DNA of 42,615 bases from a virus (IMGVR_UViG_3300005805_000158:1-42615); one strand, 5' to 3'. Shown: positions 33,803-42,615, numbered from the stretch's first letter. The notes: generated by a model not told the origin, from the letters alone. Translations and numbers: made by a program.

Positions 33803-35214
33803 ACTAAATGAGCAAGCTCGGGGAATGTTGCTTTGAAGTCTGTACCGTGTAGAGTGTCTAATCGTTGAATATATTCTTTAAATGCTGGCAATTGATCTGT
33901 ATGATCTTCTGCATCCATGAAATCTAATACCGCTTTCCAACGTCTCCACCCATAAGGATTGTGTTTCCAAAAGTCATCATCTTGTCTATAATGAGTAAAC
34001 AACCAAACTTGTAACTCCTTAAATGCTTCTCGAACTTCTTGTTTATCTTTTTCAGGTAAGCATCTGATGCTGAGATAAGTCGGTATGTATAATAGGTGCA
34101 TGTTAAACAGGCCCCCGCCTGCTTCTGTACCATCTACAATGTTCTGTAAATTAATCTTTTTAAATTTCTGATTAACTTTCCATTTGGCAAAATCTGGTAG
34201 GTGCTTGATGTTTAATATCTGTATGGCAGTAGCTATACTAACCTGTATGTTATCTGGCGTATCATCCAATTTACGAAGATTGGCCATAATTTTACGCCAA
34301 CTCGAATCATATCTAATATATCGATTGCGTTCACTTATACCATCAAGACTAAATCCAACTTTGACTTTTTTAAATTTAGTCCATAATTCAATAATAGAAT
34401 CATCAACTAATAGGCCATTAGTGTTGTAACGAACTAATATTTTGTCAGCATATCCCTGTCTAATAATCTCTTCTAAGAACATTCTGTGCTCTTTAATTAC
34501 TAAAGGTTCTCCCCCGGCAAAATATACCTGTTTAAGATTAGGTATTTGAGCATACATCTCTTTCCAAAAGTCCGGATTTTCATGCCACTTGTTATTAAAG
34601 GTTGTGCTATCCCATCTCATCTGCTCCTTTAATTCTTTTGCTTCAAACAAAGGATAGATTTTTTTGTGATCAGGAACCCATTGGCTGCTATCATGTGGAC
34701 TACACATCACACATTTTAAATTGCAGGTGTGTCCCAAACGTAAATCTAGATAAACTAATTTTTCTGGGATACCTCCATCTTCATTAGTTTGTCGAACTAA
34801 TTCTTCAACGTCGATGCCGTCCTGTATCCAAGATCCTGTTTCCCACATACGTTTGCTGGCAACTCCTTTGCTTTCTTCATCATAGCATTTAGCACAACTA
34901 GCAGGTATTTCACCATCGAGCATTGTGGTACGAACTGATTTCATATAATCATTGTTCCATGCGCTCATAGGAGTTTCACGACCAAAGTTTGCAGGTTGCC
35001 CTTGTTCATTACGAACCAATCCTATCGTATGATTCTCTCCAGCACCACTAGCATTGGCTGAACAACATAGTCGCATATCACCATTGGGGCGTGTGGCAAA
35101 ATGTATCCATGGTAGGATACAGAATGTAGGACTACCTGACAACTCTTCTACTTTACGTTGCCACGATCCTAACTTAGTATCTTCCTTAGCATACCAAAAA
35201 ATTTGATTAGTCAA
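33799..35214 (-). CDS. Radical SAM protein with N-terminal SPASM/twitch-like domain (type A')
   Basis: FCILPW..MRLCC..CAKC; CNLKCVMC; FAGGEP; YNTNG. Confidence 0.9.
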   Translation of the reverse strand: MTNQIFWYAKEDTKLGSWQRKVEELSGSPTFCILPWIHFATRPNGDMRLCCSANASGAGENHTIGLVRNEQGQPANFGRETPMSAWNNDYMKSVRTTMLDGEIPASCAKCYDEESKGVASKRMWETGSWIQDGIDVEELVRQTNEDGGIPEKLVYLDLRLGHTCNLKCVMCSPHDSSQWVPDHKKIYPLFEAKELKEQMRWDSTTFNNKWHENPDFWKEMYAQIPNLKQVYFAGGEPLVIKEHRMFLEEIIRQGYADKILVRYNTNGLLVDDSIIELWTKFKKVKVGFSLDGISERNRYIRYDSSWRKIMANLRKLDDTPDNIQVSIATAIQILNIKHLPDFAKWKVNQKFKKINLQNIVDGTEAGGGLFNMHLLYIPTYLSIRCLPEKDKQEVREAFKELQVWLFTHYRQDDDFWKHNPYGWRRWKAVLDFMDAEDHTDQLPAFKEYIQRLDTLHGTDFKATFPELAHLV

Positions 35215-36289
35215 AGTTAATCCTTTCTACAAATTGGTCTTTGGGTTTTGAGAACATATTCTCTTTAGTATTACCACAATTTTTAGCACATACCAACATC
35301 TTTTTATTATGCCAATATGTGTCCCATATAGTTTCCCATTTTTTCGAATCTAATACTTCTTTTATCGATACTTTGTTAAGATCTAAAGAATCCTGACCAC
35401 CTAGGTCTTCCAACCATTCCCCTTGCTCTTTTACAGATTGTTGTTTGTAAGGATAGATTATAGTATCTGGTTTGTTGTATTGATATTGAGTCGACCCCAT
35501 CCAACAGCACGGATATAGATGACCGAACGCATCGATATATATTTCTTTATTTTGCTTAACCTGACAGTCTATCTCAACACTGCTATACCAGGTATTAAAT
35601 TGGCTGATTATATCCTTGTCTACAAATTTCACCACATTGTCTGTTGGAGGTTTGATATAATATTTTGTTTCACCGTTTTTATCATATACAGGATAATCTG
35701 GTTCTAAAAATCTAATGGTATTTTTTACAGTGAATGATTTAAATCCTACCTCATCTGCTATCTTACGAGCATCCTCAACTTGATGTTGGTTATGTTCAAA
35801 CTTAATATAAGCCCATTCTGCTATACCACCTGCCTGTATAAAAGCACGAGAATTAGCAATAATCTTATGCCAATCTGTACCTATACGATAAAGATGGTGA
35901 GTATCAGCTAGTCCGTCGATACCAAAAATAACCACATGATTTTTAGGCATTACTTTTGCTAACTTTTTCCACCATTCTTCAGATCTTAGACTACCGTTGG
36001 TGTGTATACGAACAAGTATGTCACTGTTATCTCTTACATATTCACACATTTCTAAGAGATTATTATTTACTAACGGATCACCAAAATTTCCACAGAAGTA
36101 AAGATGCTCAATTTGAGATAGAACTTCTTTGTTGATAATATTTTTAAAATCATCTAAGGTCCAATCTTTTAACTTAATCAAAGGATTAGGAAGACCACCG
36201 TGATCGTTTCTGGCACACATAGGACACCTGGCTTGACAGTTATTTGTAATCTCTAAGTGTATACTTTTTAGGTCGTGAAATCTGAACAT
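35207..36289 (-). CDS. Radical SAM protein with C-terminal twitch/SPASM-like domain
   Basis: CQARCPMC; CGNFGDP; HTNG; YPCC..CAKNC. Confidence 0.9.
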   Translation of the reverse strand: MFRFHDLKSIHLEITNNCQARCPMCARNDHGGLPNPLIKLKDWTLDDFKNIINKEVLSQIEHLYFCGNFGDPLVNNNLLEMCEYVRDNSDILVRIHTNGSLRSEEWWKKLAKVMPKNHVVIFGIDGLADTHHLYRIGTDWHKIIANSRAFIQAGGIAEWAYIKFEHNQHQVEDARKIADEVGFKSFTVKNTIRFLEPDYPVYDKNGETKYYIKPPTDNVVKFVDKDIISQFNTWYSSVEIDCQVKQNKEIYIDAFGHLYPCCWMGSTQYQYNKPDTIIYPYKQQSVKEQGEWLEDLGGQDSLDLNKVSIKEVLDSKKWETIWDTYWHNKKMLVCAKNCGNTKENMFSKPKDQFVERINFD

Positions 36290-36322
36290 ACTCTATATAT
36301 CCGCCGAGCGGTTGATCCGGAA

Positions 36323-36330
36323 AATAAATA
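36323..36330 (+). promoter_or_regulatory. T4-late-like motif AATAAATA
   Basis: 5 nt upstream of ATG 36336. Confidence 0.55.
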
Positions 36331-36335
36331 CTCTT

Positions 36336-37652
36336 ATGCTTCCATATACCCAAAATGTTTCAACATTAATTCCATTTGATGTTAATAATTTAATCGATAA
36401 AACTAAGATCGATATATTAACAGAAGTTCCTGTTGTTGATAATTTCGTACATAAAGCTAAACTAAGTCCAGAAGTACTTAATCCAGAATTCTTAAAATGG
36501 TTGCAGGATCGCGATCTCGATGTTCAAAATGTTGTTATTTGGCATTGGCTCGCATTAGATCCACATATTGCACACATCGATTGTAATGGGGAAGGTGAAA
36601 TACTGCCGGCTGCTGTTAATTGGACGTTAACGTATAATAAGAGTCAGGTACAATTTTACAATATGCCCGGTGTTGATAAAACAGTCATGTATGGTAATGA
36701 AGCATCTACCGATTGGGTTACTCCTAATGTTACCGCCTACATTCCTGTAGACGTAAAAGGAATCACTCCTGCAGACATTTGGGATGATCAAGGTCCTTGT
36801 GTGATCAATACCAGTGTACCGCATATCATTGTTGCTCCTGAAATACGTACATCTGCATCGTTGCAGTTTATAGAACCATGGGACTTTGAAACTATCTTAA
36901 AGAAATTATCCAATGCAGATATTAAGGTTATCACAGATAATCAAAGTAATCCATTGTCTGAAACATTAGATGACTGTGTATTTGATTATCCTGTTGTAGA
37001 CACAGGGTGGGTCATTAAACGTTGGTTTAAAGTTGACCTTGAAAGACTGCGAGATTGGCATAAAGAAACTATGGAACGATACGGTGATTGGGTTTGGAGA
37101 TACGGCACACACAAGTACATGTGGAAAAATGATCCTAATGAAAAATTAGAAAAACCCGGTGCAATGCCAGACACTGGATGGTTAATGCTTACATGGGGTG
37201 ACGATACTAAAGGACCAGTTCCTTGGCTAAGGATCATTGCCAAAGACGAATACAATGCTGATATGCCTCAGAATAGAGTGGATCATTCTCAAGGGCTAGG
37301 AGCCAGAGAGTGTTGCTTTGGATACGGATTAGAAATATTTGAAAATATGCCTATACCTCCACATGATATACAAATAGCAATCCATACTCCAGGCACGGCA
37401 TTGCCTGCGCATCAAGATGGGCACGATAAATTTAGATTTCATATAGCTATAGAAACCGATCCAGATGCTAAATTTACCATTGCTGGAAAAGAATTACATA
37501 TTCCTGCCGATGGTTGGTGTTATATTGTTAATACCACACATCTACATTCGACTGACAACAGAAGCAACACAGATCGAATACACATCTACGGAAACATTTG
37601 GGTACACGATGTACTAACTTTAGATCTCAGCAACTGCGAAACTATTCTATAA
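36336..37652 (+). CDS. Two-domain Fe/2OG oxygenase-like fusion (N-domain like 38194..38772; C-domain Asp/Asn beta-hydroxylase-like)
   Basis: AHID..NW..INTSVPH and PGTALPAHQD..RFHI..LHSTDN..RIHI. Confidence 0.7.
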   Translation: MLPYTQNVSTLIPFDVNNLIDKTKIDILTEVPVVDNFVHKAKLSPEVLNPEFLKWLQDRDLDVQNVVIWHWLALDPHIAHIDCNGEGEILPAAVNWTLTYNKSQVQFYNMPGVDKTVMYGNEASTDWVTPNVTAYIPVDVKGITPADIWDDQGPCVINTSVPHIIVAPEIRTSASLQFIEPWDFETILKKLSNADIKVITDNQSNPLSETLDDCVFDYPVVDTGWVIKRWFKVDLERLRDWHKETMERYGDWVWRYGTHKYMWKNDPNEKLEKPGAMPDTGWLMLTWGDDTKGPVPWLRIIAKDEYNADMPQNRVDHSQGLGARECCFGYGLEIFENMPIPPHDIQIAIHTPGTALPAHQDGHDKFRFHIAIETDPDAKFTIAGKELHIPADGWCYIVNTTHLHSTDNRSNTDRIHIYGNIWVHDVLTLDLSNCETIL

Positions 37653-38194
37653 TGTTTACAACCGCCTTTCCTAAATTAAATCATCAACGATTATTAGATA
37701 ATTTTGAAACGATCCAAAAAGAATATCAAAATATTCCTTTAGATCAATATTATGATTATCCTTACAGCGATGACGGAATTGACGGCCTTTTAAAATGTCC
37801 AAAAAATACAGATTATTTTTGGCAGGTATATCCATTAATGTATCTATATGAACCGTGGCAAGGAAGAAGTTCGAAAACTATCGATTTATTGATGGGGTTG
37901 AATGTAAAACCTCTGTTGGCCACTTTTTCAATACTACGTCCTTATAGTAAGATAGACGAACATCAAGATCACGATGAAAGCGCAGTTGATGATCATTCAA
38001 CCACCGTGATAAAATATCATTTAACATTAGATACCCTTCCCGGAACAGGGTTAGTTGTTGGGGGTGTAGATCGTAAATTAAAAAATGGAGACTTAAATAT
38101 ATTTGATGAGAGCACCGATCATTGGGCTTACAATAATACTAATTCTGTAAGAGGTGTTCTGATCATAAGTTTTTTACGCAAGGATCTCGAATAA
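37652..38194 (+). CDS. Aspartyl/asparaginyl beta-hydroxylase-like oxygenase
   Basis: FSILRP..IDEHQD, YHLTL, FDESTDHWAYN..RGVLI; TAATG-coupled start 37652. Confidence 0.8.
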   Translation: MFTTAFPKLNHQRLLDNFETIQKEYQNIPLDQYYDYPYSDDGIDGLLKCPKNTDYFWQVYPLMYLYEPWQGRSSKTIDLLMGLNVKPLLATFSILRPYSKIDEHQDHDESAVDDHSTTVIKYHLTLDTLPGTGLVVGGVDRKLKNGDLNIFDESTDHWAYNNTNSVRGVLIISFLRKDLE

Positions 38195-38772
38195 TGGAAT
38201 ATTGTGTGGATTTAAATATTGGGATTGATTATATATTGAATGATCCTGATTATTTTTCTAAGCTGCCTGTTACCGACGAAGCTCCTGCTCAGTTTGTTAT
38301 CCCCAAAGATGCTATTAGTCCGGAATTTTACAACTGGTTAAATGACAACAATCTTGAAATAGAACATTCGGAATTATTTTATTGTCCTCCAAATGGAAAT
38401 ATTTTCATGCACCTTGACGAGATAGATCCTCCCGATGCATGTAAAATGAATTGGGTATATGATCAAGGCGAAACATGGATGCGCTGGTTTAAACTTAAAG
38501 AAAACAAAGAACTACAATTAATGAAAAGTCCTATCGGCACAGACTATTGGGCCTGTGATCGACAAGATTGTACTCTAGATCATCAGCATCAAATCAGCAA
38601 ACCTACAATAATTAATGCTAGCGAAATACACGATGTTATCAATCTTTCTGATCATAGAAGATTTTGTGTAAGTATCGTTGTTAGGGTTATTGGTGAAAAT
38701 AGAAGAATGGGCTATGGGAGATTGAAAGAATTACTCAAAGACTATATCAGTCCAGCGACCGTGTGTATCTAA
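38194..38772 (+). CDS. Putative Fe(II) oxygenase-like (cupin) protein
   Basis: FMHLD, KMNW, IINASEIHDV..RFCVS. Confidence 0.6.
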   Translation: MEYCVDLNIGIDYILNDPDYFSKLPVTDEAPAQFVIPKDAISPEFYNWLNDNNLEIEHSELFYCPPNGNIFMHLDEIDPPDACKMNWVYDQGETWMRWFKLKENKELQLMKSPIGTDYWACDRQDCTLDHQHQISKPTIINASEIHDVINLSDHRRFCVSIVVRVIGENRRMGYGRLKELLKDYISPATVCI

Positions 38773-39306
38773 TTCCTCGTTAAATTTATTAACGTTAACC
38801 TTCCAGAAAGATTGTTCAGTATTTCTATAGAGATGTTTTCCTGCAAATTCTAATACACCTGTTGCCTCAAGTGCAGGACAAAATATTCTGTTAACCAATC
38901 GTTGTGATCCTACAGCATTTTCTGTGCTGGTGATATATAAATCGCCCCACGGTGGTGCCCAACTAATGCAGGCTGGTATTAAATATTGAGCTGTATAATT
39001 TTGATGATTGATAATTCCAGAAATAGTTCGTAAACTTGTAAGAGGTAATTCATCTGTTAATATACAAGTTCGAGCACAGATACGATAAGCATCTTCACCT
39101 AATTGTGGTAAATCTAAACTGTGTGCCGCAACACTACCTACAGCTTTGTTGTCATAATATAAGATCCAGGTTTGTTTATGTCTTTCATTGTCAAAACAAT
39201 CAACCAACATTTTTTGTGTGCTATTGTTCTTAAAACCTTTAGCCTCAGCCTTGATATAAAATTCTGTTAGATCTAAATCTAAAGACCACGGAACCATCTT
39301 AAACAT
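38731..39306 (-). CDS. Hypothetical protein, GNAT-like fold suspected
   Basis: WILYYDNKAVGSVAAH, RICAR, LYITS pattern; weak. Confidence 0.5.
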   Translation of the reverse strand: MFKMVPWSLDLDLTEFYIKAEAKGFKNNSTQKMLVDCFDNERHKQTWILYYDNKAVGSVAAHSLDLPQLGEDAYRICARTCILTDELPLTSLRTISGIINHQNYTAQYLIPACISWAPPWGDLYITSTENAVGSQRLVNRIFCPALEATGVLEFAGKHLYRNTEQSFWKVNVNKFNEELDTHGRWTDIVFE

Positions 39307-39892
39307 TTTTCTTTCCTATGATCATCCAACGAGTATAAAGAGGTAACACTAATTCTCCTGCCCACAAAACATTAACATGACTTTGTTCTTTAAACTCATC
39401 TAAAGTGTTGGCTGTTCTTACATGTTCATCAATTTCGTAATTGTTACTTTGTAAAACAAACAGTGATGAATTAGGTTGCAGATCTAACCATTGATCATAT
39501 TGTTCTTGGGTAATATGTTCACAACTTGTGTTGATTATGATATCAGACTCTGACCTATAAGAACACATGTCAGCGGTGATGGCTTTAAACTTTCCGCTCA
39601 TCTCTTCCATCTTGTTCATCGTAGCGGCGATTTCTTCACATTCAGGATCTATATCAATACTTGAAATTCTCGTACATATTACCCGTTCAAACAGTAGACT
39701 AGCTAATACCCCGTTCCACCCTCCATGAATATCAATAGATACTACTTTGGTAATATGTTTTTTTAGATTATCAATTAACCAAATCTTGGAATTAATCTGT
39801 CCTTTCCAAAATGATTCCAGTGTTCGTTCTTTGTCTTTGCTATTACGAATAGCATCCATCCAAAACAAAATTCTTCTGATATCAATATCCAT
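39299..39892 (-). CDS. Class I SAM-dependent methyltransferase
   Basis: DIHGGWNGVL motif I, SIDIDPEC, TADM, INTSCEH. Confidence 0.75.
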   Translation of the reverse strand: MDIDIRRILFWMDAIRNSKDKERTLESFWKGQINSKIWLIDNLKKHITKVVSIDIHGGWNGVLASLLFERVICTRISSIDIDPECEEIAATMNKMEEMSGKFKAITADMCSYRSESDIIINTSCEHITQEQYDQWLDLQPNSSLFVLQSNNYEIDEHVRTANTLDEFKEQSHVNVLWAGELVLPLYTRWMIIGKKNV

Positions 39893-40873
39893 TTATGGTG
39901 TCTTTTTTTTAGGTATTTTTGAATCTGCTGAACTAACACAACTATTAGTTATGCAAGGCTGAGGTATATCAAATAATTTAAATCCATCGGTTAATGTACC
40001 TAACGGTTGATCGTGACAACTGTAACTGCGTTTAACCTCATTACTTCTAATAATTACACTTTGATATCCACTGTTACACATCCATCCATTAAATTTATTA
40101 AATCCAAACGCATTAAATCTCTCTGCCTGATCGAAAAGATATTCTTGACCTTCTTGAGTATATAATGCTATTTGATAAATGTCTTCACCTTGTGCTTTCT
40201 GAGGAAATCCTGTTTGCATTAATTGAATCATGTCTTCAGTATATCCATCTACCACAGAACTCGCTGTTGGATCACTCTGAGGTTTCAATGTTACGTTAAT
40301 TCCTCTGTCATTAAATCTTTTACAGCGGTCATATAATTCTTCAAATTGAGAAGGAACCATTACCTGATTAATTGTAACATAAACACCTTCACGCATTAAT
40401 TGTAAACACTTATCACCAAACTCTTGTTCCTTGGCATGCTCTGAGTGATAACTTGCTGTAATGCTTCGTCGTGAAAAATCTTTCGTTGCATGACACCAGG
40501 CGCCCCACCATTTACTTCCAGGACTTAAATTGGTAGTCATGTGTATGCTTTGATAGCAATCGTCTTGTAAGTGTTCAAAGAGATTAATTAGTTCTCGATA
40601 CGCGGTAGGTTCTCCGCCACTGAAACTCCAATGGAATTCTGTAAATCCATTTTGTCTTGCTTGAGTTTTGATATTATCGATAGCGTTAGTATATGTTTTG
40701 AAATCTTGATAATCTAATTTGTCTGAACGAGCATATGGCCAACAGTAACTACAATTATAGTTACAAAATCTCCCCAAGATCCAGCTAACAGAAAATAGAG
40801 GACGATCTAACATCGTTCGTTGTCCGAAACGAGTTATCTGTTCAAATGGTATGTTTTGGAAATCAATTGGCAT
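39893..40873 (-). CDS. Radical SAM protein (type B family)
   Basis: CNYNCSYC; SGGEP; TTNL; GWMCNSG; CVSSAD. Confidence 0.9.
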   Translation of the reverse strand: MPIDFQNIPFEQITRFGQRTMLDRPLFSVSWILGRFCNYNCSYCWPYARSDKLDYQDFKTYTNAIDNIKTQARQNGFTEFHWSFSGGEPTAYRELINLFEHLQDDCYQSIHMTTNLSPGSKWWGAWCHATKDFSRRSITASYHSEHAKEQEFGDKCLQLMREGVYVTINQVMVPSQFEELYDRCKRFNDRGINVTLKPQSDPTASSVVDGYTEDMIQLMQTGFPQKAQGEDIYQIALYTQEGQEYLFDQAERFNAFGFNKFNGWMCNSGYQSVIIRSNEVKRSYSCHDQPLGTLTDGFKLFDIPQPCITNSCVSSADSKIPKKKTP

Positions 40874-40884
40874 AAATCTGCTGT

Positions 40885-40925
40885 TATTTAACCGCTTTTG
40901 CGGTTGCTATTTAAAATGCTATAAT
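40885..40925. promoter_or_regulatory. Divergent control region: GTTAAATA (-, 40885-40892), inverted repeat AACCGC-TTTT-GCGGTT (40890-40905), extended -10 TGCTATAAT (+, 40917-40925)
   Basis: Read directly from the sequence. Confidence 0.55.
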
Positions 40926-40983
40926 ATATAATACTTGAGTTGGCAGTACTTGTCAATGATTATTAATCTAAAGGAACCAAAAA

Positions 40984-41178
40984 ATGTCAAACACAGTTGA
41001 ACAATTAAAAGCAGCTTTTGAAACATTCTTAGCAGAAGATGCAAAATTCACATCAGGAAATAATGCGGCAGGTACTCGTGCTCGTAAGGCACTACAAGAA
41101 GTAGGAAAGGCAGTTAAGGCTCGCAGAAACGAAATCACAGCAGAGAAGAACGCTCGTAAAGAAGCTAAGGCAGCGTAA
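40984..41178 (+). CDS. Histone H1-like/Hc1-family small basic protein
   Basis: KFTSGNNAAGTRARKALQEV..KARR motif; AAGGA RBS. Confidence 0.75.
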   Translation: MSNTVEQLKAAFETFLAEDAKFTSGNNAAGTRARKALQEVGKAVKARRNEITAEKNARKEAKAA

Positions 41179-41179
41179 C

Positions 41180-41587
41180 GTGTCAACGTGTGATCCTAAG
41201 GATACCGAAGAATACACCATAGCAAGTCCAGAAGATACCAAAGCTATAACCTTAGGATATTCGGGTTACGGATCAAATGGACTTACAGTGGGTGGTATAA
41301 GTTCAATAGGATATCCGACAGCTTCCTGGGCTTCTGCCTCCTCTACAGTTACTAATTCAATAAGCGGGCAGCTCACTGTCGCAGGAGAGAATGCCGATAT
41401 TAAAGTTGGTGAAAGAAGTCTTATTGATTTTATGGATAAGGTTGAAGGAAGGTTAGGAATTCTTAGACCAAACGAAGAGCTTGAAAGTCGTTGGGAACAA
41501 TTAAAAGAGCTACGTAGACAATATGTAGAATTAGAAAAAGATCTCATTGAAAAAGAAAAAATGTGGGAGCTACTTAAGAAAGAATAA
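41180..41587 (+). CDS. Hypothetical protein with C-terminal coiled coil
   Basis: ORF track; TAATG coupling to thyA. Confidence 0.7.
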   Translation: MSTCDPKDTEEYTIASPEDTKAITLGYSGYGSNGLTVGGISSIGYPTASWASASSTVTNSISGQLTVAGENADIKVGERSLIDFMDKVEGRLGILRPNEELESRWEQLKELRRQYVELEKDLIEKEKMWELLKKE

Positions 41588-42489
41588 TGAAAACATATTT
41601 AGATGCATTACAACACGTATTAGATAACGGCACAGTACGAGAAGATCGAACAGGCACTGGTACTATCGGAGTATTTGGTATGCAGATGCGTTACGATCTT
41701 TCCAAAGGGTTTCCAGCAGTTACTACTAAAAAGTTAGCATTCAAGGCTTGTTTGGGAGAATTGCTTTGGTTTATTGAAGGCAGTGGCGATGAACGAAGAT
41801 TAGCAGAAATCACACACGGCAAAGCTGCATCATTTGATGAAAACGGTGAACGTACCGGAGCAGTGACTATTTGGACAGCCAACGCTCTATCACCTTATTG
41901 GAAGCCTAAGTCCAAATTTCCAGGTGACCTCGGTCGTGTCTACGGTGTACAATGGAGACATTGGCGTACACAATTTAAACGTTGGATTAGCTCTAGTGAA
42001 AGTGAACCTGTAGAAGTGGATCAATTATTGGAGTTAGTTGAAGGCATTAAACGAGATCCATACGGACGTAGACACATTTTAACTGCTTGGAACCCGGGTG
42101 AGTTAGATGAAATGGCTCTTCCACCATGTCACTGTTTTGCACAATTTTATGTAAGTGCAGATAATAAACTATCATGTCAAATGTATCAGCGTAGTTGCGA
42201 TATGTTCCTAGGTGTACCTTTTAATGTTGCGAGTTACTCTCTATTGACGCACATGATTGCTCAGGTTTGTGGTCTAGAGGTAGGTGAGTTTGTTCATGTA
42301 TTGGGAGATGCTCATATCTATTTGAATCACGTAGATCAGGTAAAAGAGCAACTAAATCGAGAACCTTATCCATTGCCCACACTTTGGATTAATAAAGATG
42401 TAAAAAATATTACAGATTTTAATATGTATGATTTTAGATTAGATAACTATCAATCACATTCTCCAATTTCTGCCCCTATGGCAGTTTGA
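41587..42489 (+). CDS. thyA: Thymidylate synthase
   Basis: DRTGTGT, TTKK, YGVQWR, ALPPCH, YQRSCDMFLGVPFN, GDAHIY. Confidence 0.97.
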   Translation: MKTYLDALQHVLDNGTVREDRTGTGTIGVFGMQMRYDLSKGFPAVTTKKLAFKACLGELLWFIEGSGDERRLAEITHGKAASFDENGERTGAVTIWTANALSPYWKPKSKFPGDLGRVYGVQWRHWRTQFKRWISSSESEPVEVDQLLELVEGIKRDPYGRRHILTAWNPGELDEMALPPCHCFAQFYVSADNKLSCQMYQRSCDMFLGVPFNVASYSLLTHMIAQVCGLEVGEFVHVLGDAHIYLNHVDQVKEQLNREPYPLPTLWINKDVKNITDFNMYDFRLDNYQSHSPISAPMAV

Positions 42490-42491
42490 TC

Positions 42492-42520
42492 TTGACTTTT
42501 TCTATAAAAGATTATATAAT
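42492..42520 (+). promoter_or_regulatory. Sigma70-type promoter
   Basis: TTGACT, 17 nt, TATAAT. Confidence 0.75.
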
Positions 42521-42554
42521 AAGTTTAGAAAAATAAAACTGAAAGTAAAAATAA

Positions 42555-42615
42555 ATGGGTAGAATCTTAGATTTAATTAAAAAGATATGGCAGGTATTTG
42601 TTGATTTCTTTATAG
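42555..42615 (+). CDS. 5' end of a hypothetical protein truncated by the window edge (MGRILDLIKKIWQVFVDFFI..)
   Basis: ATG downstream of promoter; open to the edge. Confidence 0.45.
   Translation, partial: MGRILDLIKKIWQVFVDFFI

Noticed and set aside
1224-41882. Many short antisense or alternate-frame ORFs in the track (e.g. 1224..1472, 1758..2132, 4127..4417, 7129..7551, 12279..12734, 19679..20002, 22160..22432, 34184..34429, 41266..41547, 41691..41882)
   Set aside because: They lie within longer motif-bearing genes, lack RBSs and have shadow-ORF composition
41587-42489. dCMP hydroxymethylase or other base-modifying TS homolog
   Set aside because: It retains the dUMP-specifying Asn (GVPFN) and all canonical ThyA motifs
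1-42615. CRISPR array, integrase/transposase, intron/intein, or stop-codon recoding
   Set aside because: No regularly spaced repeats or mobile-element motifs were seen. Genes are full-length in code 11 and all three stop codons terminate coupled genes

Overview
AT-rich, gene-dense segment of a large tailed (T4-like/jumbo-type) bacteriophage genome, standard genetic code. The host is probably proteobacterial; this is inferred only from the RpoZ-like and PpiC-like genes and the perfect sigma70 promoters. Left part (0-5.6 kb): SAM decarboxylase, a CHASE2-class III nucleotide cyclase, and a minus-strand membrane-protein/lipase operon. Middle (5.7-19 kb): a sigma70-promoter-driven block of small ORFs that includes an expanded paralog family, two metallophosphoesterases, ClpP, PpiC, a CDGSH protein, an RNAP omega subunit, 7 tRNAs, a ~200-nt unexplained structured RNA and three 2OG-Fe(II) oxygenases. 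Next is a tail-fibre-like virion gene. It is followed by a ~20 kb tailoring-enzyme island: 9 radical SAM enzymes (one cobalamin-binding type, six in mirror-image A-B-C/C'-B'-A' order), about 8 Fe/2OG oxygenase-like genes, a QueC-like ATPase, a pseudokinase-like protein, a GNAT-like protein and a methyltransferase. Most island transcription units start just downstream of T4-late-type TAAATA motifs. The window ends with a histone H1/Hc1-like gene and thyA. All family calls come from motifs read by eye; no database searches were run.
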